Under the pieces are notes generated by a model. That model was not told the DNA's origin and made no database searches. It saw only the letters and a program-made list of their open reading frames with translations. The translations under genes were made by a program, and so were the position numbers. A stretch of DNA of 64,000 nucleotides from the human T2T-CHM13v2.0 reference genome, Homo sapiens. Location of the stretch: NCBI RefSeq assembly GCF_009914755.1, contig NC_060930.1. One strand, 5' to 3'. Positions 14,666-29,103 of the stretch are shown in pieces; positions within the stretch are counted from its first letter, which is position 1; the number at the start of each line of letters is the position of its first letter.

Positions 14666-16110
14666 GTTTTGGCAGCAAGGATGGTATGCTGACAGACACG
14701 TGGCTTTCAGGAAGGAGAAAGATAAGGGTCTTGTGGACTAATTAATGGACTTTGAGGGAAATCCATGGGAATTATCGGTAAACATGTTGACCACATTATA
14801 TGGTTAAATGGGCAATAAGTGGTTCTCCATTTTATTGCCTGTTAATGAGGAGGAATTTTCCTTAATTCCCCAACTTAATGGGTTCAGGCCAAGTCCCAAG
14901 AAGCAGACTCAGACTGCTAGCTGGGCAGTACCCTGGTTGTTTCTAACTCTCCTCCAAGAAGGGGAACTTTCTCACCAATCCAGCAGCCAGCCTCAGGTCT
15001 ATCCCATGGTAACAATTAATGGTAGATTTATCCTAGAGGAGGCAGAAGGTGCTGTCTTCTTTCAGACAACAGTTACAGAGACATCCATTTATAGTGTGTA
15101 TACAAGGTGGGAAATTTTCAACAATCATGGGCAGACACTAACAGCATTGTGGTCCTACCTGCAAAACACCAGCTATCTCTTTAGGGAAAATTATACTCTT
15201 CAGTCCATTGCCTGAAACAAAACTGTTGTTCAATGGAACTCCTGAACCTGGGCCTGGACCTCGTTCACACATAGTTGAGCTGAATTGAAACCAACAGTGT
15301 CTGTTGAGTCGCTGCAGCTGTCTAGCCTTAGTGACAGCTATGCGCAACCAAAAATGCAGATGTCTGCTCAAATCAGTGAGTAGAACTCAAGTCCATTCTC
15401 ACTGTTCTGCCCACTATTCCCCTCAATAAACTATGTTAAATTTTGACCGGCTTTTGGACTAGGACCAATGGTCTAATTGTTTGGTCTGCCACTTGAAAAC
15501 TGTAGGCTGGCAGATTAAAGATACCCTTATTTTGCTTCATGAAATGAAAAAAAAAAATTACTGCTGCTAATGAAATCTTCTGGGTTACTCACACAGGAGT
15601 CCAGGGTAAAGGCCTATTCTGTGATGGAACTAGCTGGAGTCAAATTGCTGATTGAGTCTGTACCACCTGGACTGCCACTGGTGCCGTCTGGCTCTGTCCT
15701 TATACTGAATACGGCAACACATGCCCCAGCATAGACTAAGTAAAAAGTAAAGGACTATATGTTTTTTGATGCTGAGTTATCATGACAAGCCAGACTTCTG
15801 ACTCTTGCCAAGTCAACCCATTTATTTTACAGTGAGTGAGGCAACATAACACAGGGTATGGCTCCCATCCACTCCTGGAAAATAGAGCACATCAGACTTT
15901 TAATCCCTTCTCAGAGCTATCAGTGGTACCTCACTGCTACTGACATTTTGGGGGGATTATGGTGTTACTTTTCCAGTCTGATCAGCAGAATCTAGCCATA
16001 ATATTGTGGCTCTTAAAACTAAAAGGAGTCACAGTGTTTTTGGTTCTCTGGAGCATTTGCATTCTAATATGCCTTTATTACCAAAGCCACTCAACAAGCT
16101 AATAGTCAAG
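14666..16110 (+). mobile_element. ERVL-type internal region with degraded pol (RNase H and integrase)
   Basis: 15455-15528 WTRTNGLIVWSAT*K/WQIKDT resembles ERVL RNase H; 15876-15944 WKIEHIRLLIPSQSYQWYLTATD resembles the integrase core WQIDYIGPL...LTAVD. Confidence 0.75.
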
Positions 16111-16853
16111 ATAGTCTTGAAAATAATAGAGCAATCATCCAGCAATTAGTTGAACTTAACAGCTGAGTATCGTCAAAGGAAGAGGCTCTCAAAAATAGGC
16201 CAAAACCACTGTCAGTGCAGGGTAACTGTGGGCATACCCAAGGCTGTGTTCACTGAGGATAAATGTCAGAGGGGTTATATTGCAGGAAGAAATAGACTCC
16301 ATAAAAAATAGTCCAGCCAATCACTTAAAAAATAAACAAGAAAACAAAAATAACAAGCCCAGGGGAGAGAGGGAAGGATAGAGCACCAGCATCCACAGCT
16401 GCTATATTATCAAAAGTGCTTGGTGTCCAACAAAAAAATTACAAGATATACAAAGAAACAGGAAGGTAGTAGGCCAGGAAAAAGCAGACAACAGAAGTTG
16501 CTTGTGAAAGAAACTAGATATTGGATCTAACAGAAAAAGCATTCAAGGTAGCCATTATAAGTATACTCAAATACCTAAAGGAAATCATAATTAAAGACAT
16601 GAAAGAATGATTACAATGGACATTTATGGACGATGTCATATGAAATAGAGAATACCAGTAAAGAGGTAGAAACTATGTATATATTTTAAAAGCCAAATGG
16701 AAATTCTGAAGTTGAAAATACAGTAACTAAGATTTAAAATCACCAAAGGGGTTTAAGAGTAGATCTGAGAAGCAAAAGAAAGAATTAACAAACATGAAGA
16801 TCTATCAGTAGATGGTATGAAATCCAAATAATTTAAAAAAAAAAAAAAAAAGA

Positions 16854-17192
<339 letters not shown>

Positions 17193-19849
17193 ATTAGAAA
17201 AATAAAGATAGACTTAGAGAGCTGTAAGACACTACTAAGCACATCTACATGTCCATACTGGGAGTACCAGAAGGAGAGAGAGAAAAAGAAATTAGTAGAA
17301 AAAATAGGGGAATAAATAATGACTGACAACTTACAAAATGTATTGAAAAGCAATAATCTACACATCTAGGAAACTCAACAACCTCCAAGTTGAATAAACA
17401 CAAAGAGATTCAGAAGCAGTCTCATCATAGCAAAAATACTGAAAATCAAAGACAAGGAGAAACTCTTAAAAGCATTTAAAGAAAAACAATTTGTCACTTA
17501 CATATAAGCCCCAATAAGATTAACAACTGACTCATCAGCGGAAGCAATGGAAACCATAGGATAATATATTCAAAGTGTTCAAGGAAAAAACTATGCAGCA
17601 AGTTACTCTTCAAAACTGAAAGAAAACTGAAAACATTCCCAGATAAATAAAAACTAAAAAAACAGTTGTTGCTAACAGATCTGCTATATAAGAAATACTA
17701 AAAGAAGTTCATCAGGCTGATATGACCACAGATAGTAATTAGAATCCATACAAAAAAAAAAGAGCACTGGTAAAGACAATCGTGTAATCAAAATACCCAT
17801 ATAAATGCATATTTATTCTACTTTCTTCTCTTATTTTAAAAACAAGTATACAGAACACTATGTATATAATGTGTTATTGAGCCTATAACATATAGAAATG
17901 CAATATAGTTGCCAAAAACAGCACAAAGGAAATAGATAGGAACAAAGCTGTATTGGGCTAAGAAAATGGCTCCAGACGATAACTCAAATTCAGAATAACA
18001 AATGAAGAGGACCAGAAACAATAAATACAAAGCTAATATAATAAAAGCTGTAAATATAAACTTGCCTTCTTTTCTTCTCTTAGCTCCTTTGAAAGACAAA
18101 ATTATACAAAGTAATAATTATAGCAGTCCTTTTGAATTTGTAACTTGTATGGATTTAATAATTATAACAATACCACAAAAAGAGGGAAAAGAAAAATAGA
18201 TGTAATATATATAACAAAATACCATAAGAAGAATAAAAAGGAATACTTCTATGTCTCACTTGAATTAATTTAGTATAAATCTGAAGCTGATTGTGATAAG
18301 ATCTATATTGTAAGCAAGAATAACCATTAAAAATTTTCAAAAATAATTAGTAAAAAAAATTCTTAAAGAAATTAAAATGCTACATTAGAAAATATTAGCT
18401 TAATGCAAAAGAAAGCAGTAAAGGAAAAATAGTGGAACAAAAAGACATAAAATATAAAAATTAAAATTAAAATGGCAGATGTAAACCCAACTGTAATTGA
18501 AAATAACAGTAAATGTGAATGAATTAAACAGTCCAATCAAAAGACAGAGATTGTCAGACTGGGTTAAAAAAAAATATGATTCAACTATATGCTGTCTAAG
18601 GGAGACATACTTTTAATTGAAATACATAGATGGAAAATAAAAAGACTTTTTTAAAAAGGACATACCATGCAAACAGCTACTACAAAAAAGCTGGAGTAAA
18701 TGGCTATAATAATTTCAGACAAAACGTACTTAAAACGTACAATGTTACTAGATATAAAAATGGACAATTTATCATGATAAAGTGGTCAATCCATCTGGGA
18801 GATATAACCATCATAAACATATATGCATGTAATAACAGAGCACCAAAATATTTAAAACCAAAGCTGACTGAAATGAAGAGAGGAATAGACAATGCAACAA
18901 TAAGAATTGGAAACTATAACATCCCACATTCAACAATTGATAGAACAACTAAGTAGGTCAACAAGGAAACAGAAGACCTGAACAACACTGTAAGCCTAGT
19001 GAACTATAAACATTATAAACTAGACCTAGAAGACATTTATAAGATATTTCACCCAACAAAAGCAGAATATACGTTGTTCTTAAGCCCACATATAACATTT
19101 TCTAGAAAAGTCTGTTAGGCAATAAATCAAATCTCAATAAATTTTTAAAAACAGAAATAATACAAAGCATGTTCTCTGACCACAATGGAATTATATAAGA
19201 CATTAATAACAGAAAAAAACAGGAAACTCACAAATATGGGAAAATTAAACAATACACTCCTAAATGACCAATGGATCAAAAAAGAAATTAAAAGGAAAAT
19301 AAGAAAAATTTTGAGTGAATGAAAATGAAGATAGAACATACCAAAATATATGAGATACAGCAAAACAGTGCTTGGAGGAAAACTGACAACTGCAAATGAA
19401 AGGAAGAAAGATTTCAAGTCAATAACCCAAACTTACATCTTAAGATAGACATTTGAAAACGAAGAAAAAAAGAACTAAAGTTAAAGCAAGCAGAAGCAAA
19501 AATAAAACAAAAAATGAAGATTAGAGCAGAAACTAATAAAATATAGAATAGAAAAATAATAGAGAAAATCAATGAAATCAAAAGTTGGTAGCTTTTAAAA
19601 AAACAAAATTGATAAATATTCATCTAAATTGATCAAGAAAAAAGAGAGAAATCGCAGATTACTAGGATCAGAAATGAAAAAGACATCACTACTGACCTTA
19701 TTATAAAATAATACTATGAACAATGATACGCTAAATTAGATAACTTTGATTAAATGGACAAATTCCTATAAAGGCACAAACCACCAAAATTGACACAAGA
19801 GGAAATACACAATCTGAATAGATCTATAACAAGTATAGAGATTGAATTA

Positions 19850-20207
19850 CAGTTATGCATCACTTAACTATGGGGATATGTTCTGACAAATGTGTTTAGG
19901 CAGTTTTGTTGTTGTTGTGCAAACATAATAGAGTGTACTTATACAAACCTAGATGGTATAGCTAACTATACACCTGTATGGCCTCAGTGTGATTGCTCCT
20001 AGGTTTAGATTGTTCCTAGGCTGCAAACCTGTCCAGCATGTTACTGTACTGAATATTGTAGGCAACTGTAACATAATGGTAAGTATTTGTACATGTAAAC
20101 ACATCTAAACATATTCGAAGTACTATAAAATATGGCATTATAATTTTATGAGACCACTATCATGTGGCCCGTCATTAACAAAAATATTATTATGCTGTGC
20201 ATGACTG
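19850..20207 (-). mobile_element. Tigger3a-like TcMar MITE
   Basis: TIRs cagttatgca...tgcatgactg, TA TSDs, ~358 bp. Confidence 0.85.
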
Positions 20208-20342
20208 TAGTAATTTTTAAAACTATCCATGAAGAAAAGCCCAGGTCCAGATGGATTCATCACTGAATTGTACCAAACATTTAACAAAGAATTAATGCCA
20301 GTTCTTCACAAACTCTTCCAAAATATAAAAGAAAGCCTTCCA

Positions 20343-21644
20343 GAGCCAAGATGGCCAAATAGGAACAGCTCCTGTCTATAGCTCCCAGCGTGAGCGACAC
20401 AGAAGATGGGTGATTTCTGCATTTCCAACTGAGGTACCGGGTTCATCTCACTGAGGAGTGCCAGACAGTAGGCGCAGGACGGTGGGTGCAGCGCACTGTG
20501 CAAGAGCCGAAGCAGGGCGAGGCATCGCCTCACCCGGGAAGTGCAAGGGGTCAGGGAATTCCCTTTCCTAGTCAAAGAAAGGGGTGACAGACGGCACTGG
20601 AAAATCGAGTCACTCCCACCCTAATACTGCGCTTTTCCAACGGGCTTAAAAAACAGCACACCAGGAGATTATATCCCTCACCTGTCTCGGAGGGTCCTAC
20701 GCCCACGGAGTCTCGCTCATTGCTAGCACAGCAGTCCGAGATCAAACAGCAAGGCGGCAGCGAGGGGGGAGGGGCGCCCACCATTGCCCAGGCTTGCTTA
20801 GGTAAACAAAGCAGCCGGGAAGCTCGAACTGGGTGGAGCCCACCACAGCTCATGGAGGCCTGCCTGCCTCTGTAGGCTCCACCTCTGGGGACAGGGCACA
20901 GACAAACAAAAAGACAGCAGTAACCTCTGCAGACTTAAATGTCCCTCTCTGACAGCTTTGAAGAGAGCAGGAAACAACAGGTGCTGGAGAGGATGTGGAG
21001 AAATAGGAACACTTTTACACTGTTGGTGGGAGTGTAAACTAGTTCATCCATTGTGGAAGACAATGCAACGATTCCTCAGGGATCTAGAACTAGAAATACC
21101 ATTTGACCCAGCCATCCCATTACTGGGTATATACCCAAAGGACTATAAATCATGCTGCTATAAAGACACATGCACATGTATGTTTATTGCAGCACTATTC
21201 ACAATAGCAAAGACTTGGAACCAACCTAAATGTCCAATAATGATAGACTGGATTAAGAAAATGTGGCACATATACACCATGGAATATATGCAGCCATAAA
21301 AAATGATGAGTTCATGTCCTTTGTAGGGACATGGATGAAACTGGAAACCATCATTCTCAGCAAACTATCGCAAGGACAAAAAACCAAACACTGCATGTTC
21401 TCACTCGTAGGTGGGAATTTAACAATGAGAACACATGGACACAGGAAGGGGAACATCACACACCAGGTACTATTGTGGGGTGGGGGGCGGCGGGAGGGAT
21501 AGCATTAGGAGATATACCTAATGCTAAATGACGAGTTAATAGGTGCAGCACACCAACATGGCACATGTATACATATGTAACAAACCTGCACATTGTGCAC
21601 ATGTACCCTAAAACTTAAAGTATAATAATAATAAAATTTTTAAA
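20343..21644 (+). mobile_element. Internally deleted L1PA3/PA4-like element (5'UTR fused to ORF2 C-terminus and 3'UTR)
   Basis: Starts gagccaagatggcc; junction gagagCAGgaaacaac at ~20970; ends cctaaaacttaaagtataataa; TSD aaaagaaagc(a)cttcca at 20327-20342 and 21645-21661. Confidence 0.93.
20572..20784 (-). CDS. L1 antisense ORF0 homologue, 70 aa, open (expression unknown)
   Basis: MVGAPPPSLPPCCLISDCCASNERDSVGVGPSE...RVGVTRFSSAVCHPFL matches the recalled primate L1 ORF0 sequence and its position in the 5'UTR. Confidence 0.6.
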   Translation of the reverse strand: MVGAPPPSLPPCCLISDCCASNERDSVGVGPSETGEGYNLLVCCFLSPLEKRSIRVGVTRFSSAVCHPFL

Positions 21645-22402
21645 AAAAGAAAGCACTTCCAAACTCACTCTGAGACCAGCATTACCAATTCCAAAACTGA
21701 AAAAGCTATCAGAAAACGAGAAAACTAAAGGCCAATATCTCCTTTGAATATGGACACAAAATCTCCAGCAAAACACTGGCAAACCGAATACAGCAACATA
21801 TAAAAAGAATCATACACCATAATCAATTAAGTGGAATTTGTCCTAAGGATGCAAGGTTGTTTAACATCTGAAAATCAATTAATATAACATACCCTATCAA
21901 TGGAAAAAAATTATATGATCGTCTCAGTAAATACACAAAAAGCATTAGACAAAATCTAATGGCCTTTTATGATTAAAAACACTTCACAAACTGTAAAGAG
22001 AAGAAAACTTCTTGAACTTGGTAAAAGGCATCTATGAAAAACTTGGAGTTAACATTATACTTAATGGTGAAAGACTGGATGCTTTCCCCTAAAGATAAGG
22101 AAAAAGACAAGGATGTCAAGTCTCACCTCTTCTATTCAACATTATACTAGCAGTCAAGCCAGGGCAATTATGCAGGAAAAATAAATAAAAAGCATTCAGA
22201 TTGGAAATGAAGAAGTGAAATTATCTCTATTCACAGATGACATACTTATATATAGAAAATTCTACAGAATCATATTGAAATTATTAAAACTAATAAATCA
22301 ATTTGGCAAGGTTGCAGGATACAACATCAACATACAAAAATAAATTGTATTTCAATATGATTGCAATGAACAATCCATAAATGAAACTGAGAAAACAACT
22401 CT

Positions 22403-23094
<692 letters not shown>

Positions 23095-23098
23095 GAAA

Positions 23099-23537
23099 GG
23101 CCAGGGTTGTTATGGATAGTACAACTGCCCCAAGCTTCCTTTTTGCAGGCCAGGACAAGTCTGTGCAATCACTAATACATCCTGCTGCATCTGGATGAAT
23201 GCCTTGGACTGAGGAGAAAAGCCACTGTGGAAACTAAAGGAGAATACTACCTGGCTATAAGATAGATCTGGATGATTCATTGAACTTGTTCAGCTTATGG
23301 AATCCGGAACCCTTTAAGTCACGGTGAGGTTAATACTGCAGGATGGCCTCATCCTGCTGCTTGAAGTCCTGTTGATAATAATTTTAATTAAATACTATAT
23401 GAGGTAAATTGAATGGATTTGGCCCCAGCCTCTATTGGTCAGATTAACCAGAGCAGCAGATGGAGTGGCATACTCATGCCTAAATTTGCCAGAAGCAGGG
23501 GTGTAGAAACAAGGGAGATTGTTTCTACAAGTGGAGA
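23099..23537 (+). pseudogene. Degraded retroviral env TM remnant
   Basis: [18 protein letters not shown] (ISD-like), frameshift, [14 protein letters not shown] (CX6CC at 23162-23188), hydrophobic GLILLLEVLLIIILI (23345-23389); contains stop codons. Confidence 0.8.
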
Positions 23538-23985
23538 TTTTAAAAACATCTTCCACAGGTCTCTCATGTTCCTGCACCTGACTGTCTTTGTTCCGGGATG
23601 TATAGCAAACAGTTTTGGAAGATAGTGTCTCCTTTTGGAGTCTGGGGCTTATGGTCCAGTATAATAAGGATAATTTCTCCCTCCAAGATAAAGAGCAGGC
23701 ATATTCACTGCTTGTTATAGAAGATCCAGGTTTCCTAAATTCAGGGTTCTTCTACAATGCAACTCTCTTCACGTGCAGGGTCACCTGGCCCTCTTCATGT
23801 TGCACTGTGAGAGTTATGGTTCAGGGAACCAAGGCAAATTCTGGCTACTGTCATTGCTGTGACTAATAAAATCCTTTGTTTCTGACCCAAGAATCTCATG
23901 TCTTCTACCAACATCTATGAAACTGTGGTAGGCTCGCCTGTTTACAGTTAACACTTTGCTTACAGGCCCTTTACAGTTCTTGACT
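23538..23985 (+). mobile_element. 3' LTR of class III ERV (LTR40-like)
   Basis: Homologous to the 5' LTR; candidate 5-bp TSD atgcc (13594-13598) / gtgcc (23986-23990). Confidence 0.8.
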
Positions 23986-24389
23986 GTGCCTATGACTTAC
24001 TCATCTTTGTATACTTCATTCCATCTGTACTAAATGAGTATATAAATGAATTTTTATTTGAGCCATGTAAAAACACCCCAAAACATACAGCCGGTCCACA
24101 GATCAACTTCATGCCTCTTATGAGATATACAGTATCAGGGTATAAAATACATGACCGAGTATAATTCATAGATGAACAAAAGACCGTTTCCAAGCTATTT
24201 ATACAAATAAGTCCACAACATAGCAGTTCTATTCATTTCAGCTATCATGAAAATTTCCCCAATCCCCACAGCCAAATTGATTGTGGCTTGATCTGTATAA
24301 ATCTCTTATACTGCTAAAAATTAATCCATTAATGTCCAGCACAGTTCATCTTCTGCACATCAAAAATTCTCATTCTCATTTTTCCTCTC

Positions 24390-24402
24390 CCTCTCTCTCT
24401 CT

Positions 24403-24446
<44 letters not shown>
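24390..24446. repeat. (CT)n-(CA)n microsatellite
   Basis: Direct dinucleotide runs. Confidence 0.95.
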
Positions 24447-24449
<3 letters not shown>

Positions 24450-24648
24450 CTTAGCAATGAAAAGTTTTTCTTTATATTCTTAAGATTCTCAGCACACTAA
24501 GAAAAAACAGCAATAAAGATGTCTGGGTCCTGAGTTAAAAATTCAGCAGAATACCTCCAACAACAACTAAATTGAATATATATACACAAAACAAGTCACA
24601 TTAAGAGTAAAAACAAGATCTCTTTATCCCATATAAATATCTGCCTCC

Positions 24649-25096
24649 ACACTATTCACAATAGTGAAGACTTGGAACCAACCCGAACGTCCATCAATGA
24701 TAGACTGGATTAAGAAAATGTGGCACATATACACCATGGAATTCTATGCAGCCATAAAAAAGGATGAGTTCATGTCCTTTGTAGGGACATGGATGAAGCT
24801 GGAAACCATTATTCTGAGCAAACTATCACAAGGACACCACATGTTCTCACTCATAGGTGGGAACTGAACAATGAGAACACTTGGACACAGGGTGGGGAAC
24901 ATCACACACTGGGGCATGTCATGGGGTGGGGTGCTGGGGGGGGTGCGGATAGCATTAGGATATATACCTAATGTAAATGACGAGTTAACGGGTGCAGCAC
25001 ACCAACATGGCACATGTATGCATATGTAACAAACCTGCACGTTGTGCACATGTACCCTAGAAATTAAAGTATAATAAAAAATAAATAAATAAATAA
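24649..25096 (+). mobile_element. 5'-truncated L1PA (PA4-PA6-like) 3' end with (TAAA)n tail
   Basis: ORF2 C-terminus KTWNQP...LETIILSKLSQ plus 3'UTR; TSD ataa(a/g)tatctgcctcc (24633-24648, 25097-25112). Confidence 0.93.
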
Positions 25097-25204
25097 ATAA
25101 GTATCTGCCTCCTAAGATAAAATGCTCCTTGACTTCAACACCTTATAGAGGAATGAGAAAGGGAACATGTTCTCTATTTTTAAGAAGACTTTTTAAAGCT
25201 TTCA

Positions 25205-25426
<222 letters not shown>

Positions 25427-25604
25427 TCATCTCAGTTAAGCTTCAGTCAGATAAGCATCCTCAAGTCCCAGACCTGTGTGCTATGATTCAGTGTGAAATG
25501 GCTTGAGATAGACAGGGCTGGGCTGAGGCTACAGTCAATAGGGAGCCATCTCATGGAGACTCGGGCAGGAAGCCATGACTGTGGTTAATTCAATGGTGGG
25601 TTCC

Positions 25605-25731
25605 TTTTACATGTAAGCGAAACCTGAGAGTTCTTCTTCCTTCCTTTTAAAATTTGTCATTGAGAAGTTCCATTTTTAATTATTCTTTCACATTTAGCAC
25701 CTTTGCAGATTTAGGATCTGCAAAAGTACAT
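25605..25731 (+). repeat. Copy 1 of a 127-bp local dispersed duplication
   Basis: Aligns without gaps to 27480-27606. Confidence 0.95.
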
Positions 25732-27479
25732 TAGGCTCAGCAGCATTTGGGGTGCCATGCAACTAGCTCTTATGCTACATTCCAGTTTTTCAGAATGAAG
25801 TAAAATAGAACCAAGATCCTCCCTCTGCCTTGCTCACTGATAACCCTCCTGGGCTTGGGGTGAGAGAAGAGACGTCGCCACAGTCAAATCACATCGCTCT
25901 CAGGGAAGCAGCCAGCGTTCTTTCAGACATTCATGAATGGCCCTTTTCTCCCTTTCCCTTTCCTTTTGTGCCCAGACTTTCTGTGTCAAGAACCTGAGAG
26001 CTGTTCAGAAGGGAAGAAAGGACATAGAGGTGCTCTCGCATTTCTTCCCAGAGGTGCTGAAATTAACCCCTTATCTGTCCTGGGCAAGCATCCTGAGGTT
26101 TCCTTAATTAACATTTGTCAGACTCTTTCAAAGGAAAGGTACCAGGTGATGATTACAGTAGCTTGTCTCACCCTCTTTGGCTGGTAAATTAGCTTAGAAC
26201 TTTCTCATGAAACTTGGGGTATCAAGCAACTCTCCTTAAAAGGAACTAATCCCCTTTCCAATGATTTCCAATTCTAGGGTCTATAGGAAGCAGATACAAT
26301 GAAAATTTGAGGCAAAAATGTACTCACTATTCAAACTTGATTATAGTGACATCGTTTTCATACTTCAAAATCAAATTCCCAAATTCTGCCCTGCAAATCC
26401 TTCCCACTTTTTCACTGTTACTTTGTTTCTATTTGGACTATTCCCATTTCCATGAGGAATACTGGCTCAGAAATAAAACATACACTATAATTTGGCTTTT
26501 GGGTTCCAGCTTTAAGACATGTATGAGCATCGTGTTGTTACTGTTAACTTACAATTGAGGATGCTTCTCTCACACTTGTTGATTTTACTAACGTGTGTGA
26601 GGGTGCCTGTGAAATCAGCATTCCAGCACCAACCATTTGTTACCAGAAAACTAATAATCAAATCAAGTAAGTGAATCACTGAGCCCCAGAGCCTGCCTCA
26701 TTCTTTTGCAATAAGGATCGCACCTCATTTCCTTCTGGAACTTGATTACAACAAACAAAGATTCAAAAAGGGCTGAGGCCTAAAGATCACCCTAAACAAC
26801 TTGGAGAGCTCAACATTGTGAAGCTCAGCTACCAATATGTTGCTGTTAACTCAAAGAATGGAAAAGGAGATGGAAGTTTTAAGGTTCCCCAGACTTGCAG
26901 AAATCTGTACAAACCAGCCTAAAGAACTAAGAAAAGAAAAAGCTTTTTTAGTCCTCTGACGTCTACTTGGAAGTTTTCACATACTGTAGTTAAGACCAAA
27001 GAACAAGTCTTGGGCCCGTCTAACCCTGACCAAAATTGATTTTCTGTCCAGTAACTGCCCGAGTTCTAGGTTAGTTCATGCCCTATCTGACAAAGCGCCT
27101 TCGCTAAATACGCTACAGTAGCCCACAGGGATCTTTTTTAAGGTTTCCCCAAGAGTGACTTTTTATTCCCCTCCTATCTTCCCTAGAATTTTCTTTTGTT
27201 TGAAACCGCAACCTCAGTTTTTTAAAATTCCATGAATGAAAAACCATGAATATTTTAGAAAACATTCAGGTTATAGAAGTGGCCACATTTGTTGATTTCT
27301 TAAATAAAGCTGAAGTTCTCTGTCCGTTGCTATATGGTAAGCCCTAGGGCTCAATTCAGATAAGTGTACTGTGTTTCACTGCCAAAAAAAACATCCGTTT
27401 TCTTCTACAGTCACCATAAACCAACAACCCTAGAAAAACCTGCTTTGTTGTCCTGAAGGAGCTGTTATTGTTCAGAATA

Positions 27480-27606
27480 TTTTACATGTAAGTGAAACCT
27501 GAGAGTTCTTCTTCCTTCCTTTTATAATTTGTCATTGGGAACTTCCATTTTTATTTATTCTTTCACATTTAGCACCTGAATACTTATGGGATCTGCAAAA
27601 GTACAT
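27480..27606 (+). repeat. Copy 2 of a 127-bp local dispersed duplication
   Basis: Aligns without gaps to 25605-25731. Confidence 0.95.
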
Positions 27607-28723
27607 ATTGAAATATGCAAATGGTATATAGCATGTGAGTGTCAGATTCACGGAAATTAAATCAAATACAGGGGAGAGAAAAGAAACAGAGTGCATTAAA
27701 GCTAACTTTATGGTCCCAAGCTGTAGACAAATTGTGGTCTGTGGTAGTTAAACAACAGCTGTTCGAATTTAAAATAAAATTATGATAAGGATCCCCAGAA
27801 GATAACACTTCTTGAGGTAACAGCATTTACCTCAATGCATCTGTTAGCAAATAGCACTGACGAGCGTTGATGTGAAGGTTTATTCCCATTTCTTTTCCTA
27901 TAGTCGTTCTGTCATTCCCATTTCTGGTAGATAGTTACTCTTACTGAGTGAAATTTATGTTTCGTTTCCCAGCATAACCTTTTCTTCCATGTCTGCTCAG
28001 GTGAATTTCTGCTCCAGCTGGCTGGGGACCATCATGACAAGGGAATGTGATCAAGAAGACAAACACATAGATATCATGAAGAAAAGAAAACGGAAGGTGG
28101 GTACTCCTTTAGTTGGGGTTCATTTATTCAAACTAAGTCTTCCTTAAACTCTTAGTGAATAGCAATTCTTTAAGAGCTTCACACCCAATAAAATTTAAAC
28201 TTTTATGTAGTATTTTCTTCATTTATTGTGCAAGAGCTTTACTGCAGACACGTAGGAAACCACCCAGCTGGAATTTGTAAGAGCAGTGACTGCTGTTTCC
28301 CTCAATACCTCAAATCTGTGTGTGCTCATTTCAAGCCTATCTGCTTATTTTCTCTCTCTCTCCTGACTCACTCCATCTCTTGCTCTCTCTAGATCCTGAT
28401 CTCTGTCCCCTCTCATCACTGTCATCACCATCACATCCACCAAAATGCACATTGGTAGCAAATAGACTATATTCCTAAAAATAAATCTCTCAACCTATAT
28501 GTTTTTGGTAAATAAAACAATTTATCCAAGCCAAGAGAATGCATACATTTGTTAAACAATTTATACTTTATCTGAAACATGATATTTGTTCATATACTTA
28601 AGGATGTTTAAGGAAATAATTTGGAACTGAAAACTTTCCCACAAAGCTGTGTGTATATAGAGAGATAAAATCTACATGTAGAAGCAGCCTCTTTGCATGC
28701 CCCAGTGCCAAGAAAAATCGTAA

Positions 28724-29103
<380 letters not shown>

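Noticed and set aside
14808-15215. 135-aa ORF in the ERV internal region
   Set aside because: No intact gag or pol motif; the adjacent pol has stops and frameshifts
20960-20980. Spliced-L1 explanation for the mini-L1 junction
   Set aside because: Splicing at the nearest GT and AG of the recalled consensus would give gagagcagaaac, but gagagcaggaaac is observed; microhomology fits better
27812-27835. 9-bp hairpin ttgaggtaa/ttacctcaa (similar ones at 1313-1327 and 46773-46794)
   Set aside because: Short or low-complexity stems are expected by chance in 64 kb
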